Positions 8,909-18,035 of a stretch of 64,000 bases of DNA are shown here, piece by piece. The stretch spans positions 103,107 through 167,106 of the forward strand of contig CALWPK010000001.1 in the NCBI GenBank assembly GCA_944383415.1, given 5' to 3'. The notes beneath the pieces were generated by a model. That model was not told the DNA's origin. It saw nothing but the letters and a program-made list of their open reading frames with translations, and searched no databases. Numbering within the stretch: position 1 is the stretch's first letter; every line of letters starts with the position of its first letter. Source of the stretch: an uncultured Clostridia bacterium (lineage in GTDB: Bacteria > Bacillota > Clostridia > Christensenellales > UBA1242). Both the position numbers and the translations under genes were made by a program.

Positions 8909-10010
8909 CTTTTACCCTCTCGATTCTATCTTTCGCTCGCTTCTTTTTATTTTTAATTGCATAAACAATTTCTAAAAGGATAGGCAAAATGTATTGCGCC
9001 ACAAACGTGACGATTGACGCGAACGGTGTGAAGAATATTCGTTCCATTCTGACCGTATTCTCACCGATGAAACTCCACGCAAATATATATAAGACAACTA
9101 TAATAATAGGTAGAGTATTGTTTTTGATGTCGAACAAAAATTTTATTGCTTGCGCTAGACAGTATGAGTATAGTGCCAATTGCACTGCTTGCGCTACTAT
9201 CCACATTGAGACTACCAGCCAAGACAGTTCGTCGATCGCCGAGTATGTGCTGGAAAATTGACTGATGTCACTTATGCAATAGTTGTGCGTCGGACTCGTC
9301 ACTTCAAAAAGTCCGTAGAATACAAAATATAATAATTCCACAATCAATATGGCAAATATGATATACTTAATCATTTTAGACTTTTTTTCTTCGCGAAAAT
9401 CTACGAATCCAAAAAGCATAAACATAAATGTTGCCGACCCAAACCAACTGAGGTGTATCCACGCACTGTCTACAAGTGGCTTAAACCCATCCTTGAGAAA
9501 AGGTAGATATGACAATATATCCATTCCAGACAGTGCTTTCAGAGCGATATATATCAGTCCAATCACAATCGCCCAACACACCATCTCACTCACTCGTGCA
9601 ATGTTCCTAATACCTTTATAAACCATAAAACCAACCAAGATCATCAGCGGAAGTACGAATACGAACCAGTCGAATTCAGTGTATAAGTTTTCCACCACGA
9701 AAAATTCAAGTCCTTTCGAAATATTCCCTGCCACTAGTGCGTATTTTATTATCAACAAAATTAAGACAATTTTGGTTGCAACCGTACCCAAGCAGTTTTT
9801 CATAAATTCATATATATTTTTCTCTCCGCTCTTCTTCATAAGATCTAGGATGACGAATGCATACAATCCGTCAATTATCATCAAAATCAAAGAGACAAAC
9901 ATACTCATATTTTTGCTCTCAATATAAAGTAGACTCGGAAGAGCCAAAAATTTCAGAGCAATGAAACTCATAAATGTTATTATTGATAATTGTCTATAAT
10001 TAATCTTCAT
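8859..10010 (-). CDS. Ger(x)B-family spore germination protein (spore permease, multi-TM)
   Basis: 383-aa polytopic membrane ORF. The N-terminus INYRQLSIITFMSFIALKFLALPS is typical of spore permeases. RBS AGGAGAGG. It overlaps gerAA by 11 nt and the gerAC-like gene by 50 nt. Confidence 0.8.
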   Translation of the reverse strand: MKINYRQLSIITFMSFIALKFLALPSLLYIESKNMSMFVSLILMIIDGLYAFVILDLMKKSGEKNIYEFMKNCLGTVATKIVLILLIIKYALVAGNISKGLEFFVVENLYTEFDWFVFVLPLMILVGFMVYKGIRNIARVSEMVCWAIVIGLIYIALKALSGMDILSYLPFLKDGFKPLVDSAWIHLSWFGSATFMFMLFGFVDFREEKKSKMIKYIIFAILIVELLYFVFYGLFEVTSPTHNYCISDISQFSSTYSAIDELSWLVVSMWIVAQAVQLALYSYCLAQAIKFLFDIKNNTLPIIIVVLYIFAWSFIGENTVRMERIFFTPFASIVTFVAQYILPILLEIVYAIKNKKKRAKDRIERVKDEREKNRDKKEINVNI

Positions 10011-11505
10011 AAGAGCCTCTCCTGACAGTGTTTCGTTTGTTGTTGGCGATAGATTTTGGACGTCTCTTCATCTCGTCTATCGTCTTTCGCATATACGAAT
10101 CTTTTTGGTCCTCTTCAATATACGGCGCGGTAGGAGCGAGATAAGCAGATTTGTAACTATCGAAATTGGACAGATATGAAAGTATAAACACGCAAAACAG
10201 CAATATCCCAAAAAGTCCAAGTGACGCTCCAATTATCACACCCAACAGACGCAATATACTGAATTGAGAGGCTTGGCCTGGTATGATATAAAACGTGATG
10301 CCAGATAGCGCCACTATCATCACAGCGGGTGGACTCACAAGCCCTGCACTCACTGCAGTCTCTCCCAAAATGAGAGCGCCCACTATTGACATTGCCATAC
10401 CAAAATATTGAGGCATCCTGATATTCGCTTCGTACAAGATTTCAAATAGCAAAATAATAAATAAAATTTCTATGAAAGGAGAGAATGGTATGCCCTGCGT
10501 GCTGTTCATAATCGTTATCAAAAATTCAGTAGGTAAAATTTTGTAATGATACAATTCAAGTGCTATATACACTCCTGGCAACAGCACCGCGAGTATTACT
10601 CCGATGAGTCTTAATGCGCGCACAAAAGTGACACGAATTGGATGCGTATAATAATCGTCACTATTCTGTAAATCTTCTAGCAAGATGAATGGCAAAGTGA
10701 GTGCAATCGGACTTCCGTCCACTAAGATACCCACTCTTCCCTCGAGCATTTTTGCGACCAATATATCTGGCTTTTCCGTGTCTCCCACTTGTTTGAATAG
10801 CGAGTGCTTATTCCTCTCTAGATATGACACCAAATAGTGACTATCTACCACGCCATCGATTTTGATTGAATTTAAGCGTTTCAATATTTTTTTCACGACA
10901 GTTTTGTCCGCGATTGAATCATAATATACCACCGCGATTTGCGTCTTGGTCTTTTCGCCCAGTTCTAGCATTTTCACCACGAAATCGTCCGATTTCACTC
11001 GCTTGCGTATGAGTGCAAGATTGAATTTCAAACTCTCTGTAAAGCCCTCTCTGGGTCCTTTTATCACCACGCTAGTAGGAGGTTCAGACACGGCACGCAC
11101 TGTGATCTTTTCCATATCACAACCTAATATTTGCTCCGCTTTGTCCGCCAATATGAGAGTGTTGCCCGCGAGCATTTTATCCACTGCGGATTTTAGATCT
11201 GAAAATGCCGTCACCTCTTGATTCGCCAGCACCTTGTCCATCAAAACTTTGACGACATCCTCATCCTTGATCTCGTCCGAAAAATTGATGAGCGGATAGA
11301 TGAGAGTGTTGTTCAAAAGTTCGTTGTCCGTGATAGGCGCAATGTAGCACAACGTGATTTGAGTGCCAAAAAACTGCACGGTTCGAGATTTGAGGTCTCC
11401 GCTATCGTGCAGTTTCTTTTTTATTTCATATAGAGTCTTCACTGCATCAACTTTCATTAACTTTAGTTTAACTAATCGTTGATTTTTTATACTATATAAA
11501 TTCAA
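10000..11505 (-). CDS. Ger(x)A-family spore germination protein
   Basis: 501-aa ORF with a soluble N-terminal domain plus a C-terminal TM bundle, the GerA family architecture. The track start is TTG at 11505, overlapping the upstream stop by 14 nt. An alternative ATG is at 11457. Confidence 0.85.
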   Translation of the reverse strand: MNLYSIKNQRLVKLKLMKVDAVKTLYEIKKKLHDSGDLKSRTVQFFGTQITLCYIAPITDNELLNNTLIYPLINFSDEIKDEDVVKVLMDKVLANQEVTAFSDLKSAVDKMLAGNTLILADKAEQILGCDMEKITVRAVSEPPTSVVIKGPREGFTESLKFNLALIRKRVKSDDFVVKMLELGEKTKTQIAVVYYDSIADKTVVKKILKRLNSIKIDGVVDSHYLVSYLERNKHSLFKQVGDTEKPDILVAKMLEGRVGILVDGSPIALTLPFILLEDLQNSDDYYTHPIRVTFVRALRLIGVILAVLLPGVYIALELYHYKILPTEFLITIMNSTQGIPFSPFIEILFIILLFEILYEANIRMPQYFGMAMSIVGALILGETAVSAGLVSPPAVMIVALSGITFYIIPGQASQFSILRLLGVIIGASLGLFGILLFCVFILSYLSNFDSYKSAYLAPTAPYIEEDQKDSYMRKTIDEMKRRPKSIANNKRNTVRRGSYED

Positions 11506-14500
11506 GAGTGAATATATATGTAGTCACGAGATTTGAACTATCTACGACATAATGCACCCGCGTCTCTAGATATTCATTAATGCTGTTGCAGTAGTAGGTG
11601 TTGATTGTGTCCAATATCTCGGTGATAGTAGCATTTATTGGCAATGTTCCGCCACCCATCGCGGTATGCTCAACCTTGAATTCAAACGAACTCATATTGC
11701 TAGCGTTCACGTCTAGTTGAAGATATTTTGCGTACATTATCGCGTTCATCACATAGGCTTGCAACTGACTATATTCTGACGTCATAGAATAAATTTGATA
11801 TAGGTTCTGTGCATTTGTTTCAAACTTTTTGCCATAAGTGAAGTCTGTAATATTACTACCCAAATTGTCCTTCGGAGCGATTGAGTATAGGTTTTCAATA
11901 GACATACTGAAACTCGAATTCGCATAATAGTCATAGTTTGTCACAGCCGATGGATAAATGACCAATTCGTTTTCCTCCAATCTCAAACTTGAGTTCAAGA
12001 ACGAGTCAGTCACCAAGAAGTATAGGTGAGAACTATAATTGTAGCATTCAGATGAACTATATGCGACAAATCTATTGTCCGAATAAGTGATGTCTAGCGC
12101 GTACCACGCCTTTGCACTCTCATTCGAACTCGTTGAGATGTATACCTTGTTCCAAGCGTGAGACACAGTATTCGTCTTGTTTCCTGACGAGTCTAAAGAA
12201 TAAGTGATCGTACCATTGACTTTCCTTGACTCTATTCCTTCAATACCGCATAGCAAGGTGAATGCTTTTGCAAACGATTCGCTCGTAGCATTTTTGTTGC
12301 CTAGATAGAACTCACCATCAAATCCGCCCGAATTGGAGTCATACAGTCCCAGGAAAATCCCCTCTAGATAATATTCTTTCCTATTGCCATAGTCTGATAA
12401 CGTCCCTTCAATTGTGCTATCACCTGACAAAATTCTATTCGAATGATAATTCAGATTGTAGGCATATTCTAGCCAGTCGAATATGGCAGTCACTTTTTCT
12501 AATTCTGTCATATTATTATGGACAATCGCACGTAGGACGTCTTTTGCATTTTCATACACAGTCTCTACTATTTCACTATCGCCTACGAAGTTTGGTTTCC
12601 TGCCGTATTGCACCGCCATAACTAGTTGCTCTGTGGTGGAGACGTTCATCTCTGGCAGACTGTCTATAGCGAACAGCGAACTACCACTCCTCCTAGAATA
12701 TAGGTCCAGATATTTGTATGTGTTGCTATAATCGGTGGCTATCTCGATGAAGTTTTGATCGGTATCAATCTTTTCTACATCCAATGCGTTTTCATAGTAC
12801 AATCTAAAGATTTGACTGTTATCCTCGTGAGAAATCTCAAAGTTGGACATCACCGCCATCTCTGGATAAATTGAGAGTAGCGCCCTCGCCACATATCCAA
12901 GCAGTGTGCTGTCCGTGCTGGACGTGAGCATTCCTTGATACGTTCCGTCACTGCCGAAATTGTATATCCTGCTCTGAGTCGCATCGTCTGCCAAGCGAAT
13001 GATAGCGTCTCGAACGGACTCTTCTGCCTGCAACTCAATGTAGATAGGCAAATCAAAATCAGAGTCAATTCCGAATAGATAGTGATACCACAATAGATAG
13101 GTGAGTTCACTAGCATTCGCTATAGAAAAGTCATATTCTTCACCATACATATATATGCTGTAACGTAAGAAATCATAAGGTTCTGAATAGGTGTAATACA
13201 GATATACCGCTTCGCTGAACGGACTGGAGGTGTATTCTATCGCGTTTTCGCTCGCGCTGTCCACCACCGCTTTTATAGACACGGCATAGTTGCCCTCACT
13301 GGTTATGCTAGGGTTGATGTTGTATTGAGTGGAGTTATATGCCTTGTACTCCACGCTGACGCCTGCTGTGTCGGTGACACGCACTATATAATAATCCGCA
13401 TTTTCGTCCCCCACCCATTGTACTAGGTAGGAATCTTCAGATTGATTGAAAAAGTCTATTTCGCTAGGAGTGGCTAGGGTCGTCAATTTGTTGAGCTCGC
13501 CATAGGTCTGAGACTCGTTTGAATCCCCATAGAAACTATCCTTTCCTGCAAGCGCAGTGACATAAACGTAATATTTCCCTGCCTGAAGGACATAATCTGT
13601 GATATCGGTAGATTGCACGACTTCAAATGGGTTCAACAAATCCAAATCGTACAGATAATCTGTGTATCCGCCATCATAGAGTTTGACGATCCTCACTCGG
13701 TATGCCTCTGCGTTTTCCTGTATGTCAAACGAGAGAGTATATCTTCCGTCATTTTCCGTAATGCGAATGTTGGTCACTTCGTTCAATTGCATTGTCAGGA
13801 CATAGTCGGTCGAATTGTACTGACTCGCCTTGATATTTTCATCACTGTCTGGATTGGGAAGTGCACGCACCATTATTGTATAACTATTCGCACTCATCAG
13901 ATAATTGGTGATGTCGATTTCATATAGATCAGTACGTCCATCACTTGATACATTGATCGTGTTGAAGTTTATCATCACCTCGTATTTGTGCGCATACTCC
14001 ACTCCATAGAAACATAGATAATACTTCGTGCTACCATTTTCGTTTCGTCTAACGATAGGAGTCGGATTCCCTCTATCATCTTGCAAAAATTGTGGAACTT
14101 CCAACACTCGAGTATGAGATATTGACAATGTTCCGTATTCTGTGAGATCGCTGTTTATGTATCCGCTATACTCTGGCGCTACGGCTTGAATTTGGACATA
14201 ATAATTGCGGTATTGCCCCTGCTTTATGACATATTTGGATAGATCTATCGCTGTAGACGTGAATATCTCTTGAATTCTATTTGCTTCTCCATTTTCGCCC
14301 GCAGAGAGATATATGTAATATCCGATAGCGTTTTCCACTCCAGTAAAGGTCAATAGATACGGGTCACTCGCTTGAAAGCCTTGACTTTGTCCGATAGTAG
14401 GGGTCTCAAGTTTCTTCGAAAAATCGATAGTCTGTGTGACGATTTTAGGTGCATAGCCCGATTTTATCACGGCGAGACTTATTTCATCCGTGCCAATTCG

Positions 14501-15952
14501 CACATTGCTTAGATTGAGACTATTTTCTGACAAAACAAATATCTGATTGCCTATCTCGACGATATAGTGTGCTCCGTCCACCATCGTGAAATTGAGGACA
14601 TCTCCGTCTAGATCTATACTGACATCATCAGTTATTGTTTCATTGTGAGTAGAGAGATATTCGCTCATTTCACTATTTGAAAAATTACCTAGCCCCACCG
14701 CTTGCACGCTCACTGAAATGAATCCGTCCTCTAGCAACATTGATCGCGTGGTTTTGTTGAGTTCGTATACCTCAACACTAGTGTCTAATGCGACATACAC
14801 TTTGAAGCCACTGATGTTTTCGTCATCTGCGACCTGCCAACTGACCATATAACAATCGGACAATTGGTTGTAGTCTAATTCCACCTCAGGACGTGCTAAT
14901 TCTTGACAATTTTCGACCAAAATATCTGTACTAAAATCAGAATCTATATAGAATTTATCCTGCTCGTTCGTGGTCAAGTAGTTCGCTTGAATTTGGAAAG
15001 AATATTGCCCGATTTTATTGAAATCTAGAGGCTCACCGTCCACATATAAGTTCATAAAAAACTCGTTTAAATTGATATCTAGCAAATTTTCATCCTGGAT
15101 AATACTAGTCTCAAGTCCGTTCAATTCCACCGTCTTTTGATATTCTCCCAATCTGATTGTGATGCCATTGGCGTTAGGGTCGATCACGGCTATTAGGTGA
15201 AAATTGTTTTCATATAGAGATGTGTCTGCATCCAATTCGTTCACTATGAAAATCTGCGAATTCACAGGGGTGAAAAGCCCGACCTCGTGCCTAAATACCA
15301 CCTTGCTAGAATATCCGCTTTCGGTGTAATTTGCATTGTTGCTCACCGCGTTGATATAAAACTTATAATTGCCAGCATTGGTTAATATTGAAGAAAAATC
15401 AAATCTATTGGTACTGAATTGATATGTGGTGAGTTCAGATTGAGCGATAGTCTCGCTATCATCTGCACTGATATTGTCTGTAGGAGTGAGCACGCGCACG
15501 AAATATGTGCTAGCATTTTCCACCACATCCCACGTGAGCACTGTGCCGTTGATCTGTATGTTTGTAGGTTTAGCCATTGGGATAGTGTGAGTGTATGCTA
15601 CGACTTCGGAATAGTTGCTGTCTCGCTTCCCATCCGCTTTCGCACGAACGCGAACGGTATAACTCTCCCCCAAGACGAAAATCTTGGACGCATCATATTG
15701 CAAATAATTTTTCCCATTCTCATTGTATAATTCCACATTTGAGTTGTTTGAAAAAACGTTTATTTCAAAGTCGTCAATCATTATCGTATAATAACCCTCA
15801 TCTTTGACCCTCTCAAACGTGATCAGTCCGCCACTCTCGACTGTCAAGCCTTTTGGAGTGGTCATTGTGTCCATATTTTCATTTCCACACGCAGACAAAG
15901 AAATAGGCACTATCAAAAGTATTAAAAGCATCAAAATCTTTAATTTTCTCAT
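11492..15952 (-). CDS. Large lipoprotein (1486 aa) with repeated Ig/FN3-like modules and a C-terminal transglutaminase-like cysteine-protease core
   Basis: Lipobox in MRKLKILMLLILLIVPISLSAC. The C-terminal triad context is FTLLCGIEGIESRKV ... SHAWNKVYI ... WYALDITYSD (Cys-His-Asp spacing of the transglutaminase-like superfamily). RBS AGGGG. Confidence 0.7.
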   Translation of the reverse strand: MRKLKILMLLILLIVPISLSACGNENMDTMTTPKGLTVESGGLITFERVKDEGYYTIMIDDFEINVFSNNSNVELYNENGKNYLQYDASKIFVLGESYTVRVRAKADGKRDSNYSEVVAYTHTIPMAKPTNIQINGTVLTWDVVENASTYFVRVLTPTDNISADDSETIAQSELTTYQFSTNRFDFSSILTNAGNYKFYINAVSNNANYTESGYSSKVVFRHEVGLFTPVNSQIFIVNELDADTSLYENNFHLIAVIDPNANGITIRLGEYQKTVELNGLETSIIQDENLLDINLNEFFMNLYVDGEPLDFNKIGQYSFQIQANYLTTNEQDKFYIDSDFSTDILVENCQELARPEVELDYNQLSDCYMVSWQVADDENISGFKVYVALDTSVEVYELNKTTRSMLLEDGFISVSVQAVGLGNFSNSEMSEYLSTHNETITDDVSIDLDGDVLNFTMVDGAHYIVEIGNQIFVLSENSLNLSNVRIGTDEISLAVIKSGYAPKIVTQTIDFSKKLETPTIGQSQGFQASDPYLLTFTGVENAIGYYIYLSAGENGEANRIQEIFTSTAIDLSKYVIKQGQYRNYYVQIQAVAPEYSGYINSDLTEYGTLSISHTRVLEVPQFLQDDRGNPTPIVRRNENGSTKYYLCFYGVEYAHKYEVMINFNTINVSSDGRTDLYEIDITNYLMSANSYTIMVRALPNPDSDENIKASQYNSTDYVLTMQLNEVTNIRITENDGRYTLSFDIQENAEAYRVRIVKLYDGGYTDYLYDLDLLNPFEVVQSTDITDYVLQAGKYYVYVTALAGKDSFYGDSNESQTYGELNKLTTLATPSEIDFFNQSEDSYLVQWVGDENADYYIVRVTDTAGVSVEYKAYNSTQYNINPSITSEGNYAVSIKAVVDSASENAIEYTSSPFSEAVYLYYTYSEPYDFLRYSIYMYGEEYDFSIANASELTYLLWYHYLFGIDSDFDLPIYIELQAEESVRDAIIRLADDATQSRIYNFGSDGTYQGMLTSSTDSTLLGYVARALLSIYPEMAVMSNFEISHEDNSQIFRLYYENALDVEKIDTDQNFIEIATDYSNTYKYLDLYSRRSGSSLFAIDSLPEMNVSTTEQLVMAVQYGRKPNFVGDSEIVETVYENAKDVLRAIVHNNMTELEKVTAIFDWLEYAYNLNYHSNRILSGDSTIEGTLSDYGNRKEYYLEGIFLGLYDSNSGGFDGEFYLGNKNATSESFAKAFTLLCGIEGIESRKVNGTITYSLDSSGNKTNTVSHAWNKVYISTSSNESAKAWYALDITYSDNRFVAYSSSECYNYSSHLYFLVTDSFLNSSLRLEENELVIYPSAVTNYDYYANSSFSMSIENLYSIAPKDNLGSNITDFTYGKKFETNAQNLYQIYSMTSEYSQLQAYVMNAIMYAKYLQLDVNASNMSSFEFKVEHTAMGGGTLPINATITEILDTINTYYCNSINEYLETRVHYVVDSSNLVTTYIFTLEFI

Positions 15953-16085
15953 ACTACCCCTGTTTTGAATATTATACCCAAATATTCGCTATAAATCAAA
16001 TAAATTAGACAAAATTTAATATTAATATGAAATCTAATAATTCATAATTGAAAAATCTAGACATATTATTAATTAGAGGTAAAAT

Positions 16086-16829
16086 ATGTATTATTGTAAT
16101 GAATTTTTATCACTGAATGTATTATCCTTGTATGAGGGCGAATTGATAGGAGTGGTGGACAAACTCTATTTTGACAAAAAAATGAAAAAATTGATCCAAA
16201 TAGAATTGATAGGAGAAAATGATGTCAGACTGATTTTGCCTACAAAAAATATATACCATATTGGGAAGAATGCCATCACTGTGCGCAACAATCAAGCGGT
16301 GAATCTCAAGGTGGAAGAGAGCGAATATTATCTTAGCCCAATTGGTTCAAAAGCATATACCATTAAAGGAGAATATTTGGGAGTCATAAAGGAGTTGAGC
16401 CTATCGGACAAATTCTTGACAGAAAAATTTTCACTAGACAACAATCAAACTCTCAGCATAAAATCCCTCGCGTCATTTGGGAAAAATACGATCATTTTCT
16501 ATGACGAAAACGACAAAATCAATGTAAACAAATTCATCCCGAACAAGACTCCAAAGTTTTTCAAGACCGAAAAACCTCAGACCGCACAAGTCCTCCCAAT
16601 ACCGAACGAAGAGGTCGAAGATGAGAAAAAGAATGCCGTGCCTGTAGAAGAGCAAAAAAAATCTACAATCCAAAATGCCGACTTCCTATTAGGTAGAATA
16701 TGCACAAAGGATATATTCAATTTCAACAACGAACTACTCATCAAAGAGCACGCCGTGATCAACAAGAAAAATCTGAAAGAAATCAACAAATATGGCAAAC
16801 TACGTGAACTGATGTTGTTTTGTAAATAA
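16086..16829 (+). CDS. PRC-barrel-like domain protein (YlmC/YmxH-like N-terminus), function unknown
   Basis: 247-aa ORF with RBS AGAGGT. The N-terminus LSLYEGELIGVVDKLYFDKKMKKLIQIEL resembles PRC-barrel sporulation proteins. The call is weak. Confidence 0.4.
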   Translation: MYYCNEFLSLNVLSLYEGELIGVVDKLYFDKKMKKLIQIELIGENDVRLILPTKNIYHIGKNAITVRNNQAVNLKVEESEYYLSPIGSKAYTIKGEYLGVIKELSLSDKFLTEKFSLDNNQTLSIKSLASFGKNTIIFYDENDKINVNKFIPNKTPKFFKTEKPQTAQVLPIPNEEVEDEKKNAVPVEEQKKSTIQNADFLLGRICTKDIFNFNNELLIKEHAVINKKNLKEINKYGKLRELMLFCK

Positions 16830-16837
16830 ATATAAAA

Positions 16838-16868
16838 ATAGTAAAATGCTGAATTTTACTATTTTTTG
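16838..16868 (+). terminator. Rho-independent terminator
   Basis: ATAGTAAAAT-GCTGA-ATTTTACTAT followed by TTTTT. Confidence 0.6.
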
Positions 16869-17411
16869 ATATTGAAGAATTTTCACATCGCATTTTTGCT
16901 TTTATGAGTTACTATTTTAATATCTTCGAATTTAGACATTTATCTAATGAATTTTCATAATTATAAAAATTACGTTCAATTTTTAATTTATATAAATTTA
17001 TTTTTCCATTTTTAATTAATTTATTTATTTTTCATTAAAATTTTAATTTTTTATCAATTTTTTATGCATTTTTTAATATTTTTTTGAATTTTTTGTATTT
17101 TTCAATTAATTTTTATAAATTTTTTATATGTATTTTTTATATATATTTTTTATCTAAATTTCTATCTATATAATATTCAAATATTTATATATTTATATTT
17201 GTATATTTATAATACTAAAACACTTATGATATCTATAGATATATTAAAGATATTTTATATTTCTTTTTGAACATTTTGCGTTGGGATTTTTACACTATTG
17301 TATGCTAGCACCGAAACTGATATTATAATATTTTTAGATTTCCACTAGATCGAGTTTTCAATTCGCATAAGATTGTTTCAAACTTAGTTTTATCTATCAA
17401 AAATTTCAATA
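16869..17411. other. ORF-free, extremely AT-rich island (~540 bp) between convergent 3' ends
   Basis: No ORFs. Nearly pure A/T with phased T-tracts. Confidence 0.8.
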
Positions 17412-17927
17412 TTAAACGGACAAAAATTCGACACTATCCAAAATGTATTTGAACACCCTGATATGCTGTTGCTCATCCTCGATTATTCGTTTGAATAAAT
17501 CTTTCAAACTTTCATTTTTTACACGCTTGATTGCTTCATTGTAATGCTCGATCGCTTTTTGCTCTGCTTGAATATTGTTGTTCAGCATATCTTTCAACTT
17601 TATGCTATAATTTATATTGCCTGTATTATACTGATTGCCAGTGCTATCTTCATATCTAGGCACGCCACCAAAATCTGTGATCGCGTGCATCAACATATCA
17701 AGGTGAATCATTTCAACTATGCCGATTTCTTCAAAAATTTCACCGATCTCGTCTTTTGTTTTATCTGCCACAACAGACTGAAAGATGTACTGCAAAACAG
17801 CGTTTAGTTCACCCACTCTACCCTGTGTCAAATTTTTCAAAATACCCACCGTCATTGGATCAGTGTTTGCACCGACAATTTTTGGATATGGTTTATCTAC
17901 CCTCACCTTAATATTTTCAAAATCCAT
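17412..17927 (-). CDS. cotJC: Spore coat protein CotJC / manganese-catalase (ferritin-like) family
   Basis: MDFENIKVRVDKPYPKI ... GELNAVLQYIFQSV ... MIHLDMLMHAI ... AEQKAIEHY ... EDEQQHIRVF. The ATG at 17927 follows GGAGG. The track start at 17981 looks like an upstream extension. Confidence 0.8.
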   Translation of the reverse strand: MDFENIKVRVDKPYPKIVGANTDPMTVGILKNLTQGRVGELNAVLQYIFQSVVADKTKDEIGEIFEEIGIVEMIHLDMLMHAITDFGGVPRYEDSTGNQYNTGNINYSIKLKDMLNNNIQAEQKAIEHYNEAIKRVKNESLKDLFKRIIEDEQQHIRVFKYILDSVEFLSV

Positions 17928-18035
17928 ATAGCCTCCGATAGTTTTTATGAAAAAAAGTTTGAAGATGTTAAAAATAATCAAATATCTATTTGTTAAAAAC
18001 TGTGAATTATGATAATATAATAAATAGGAAAGGTT

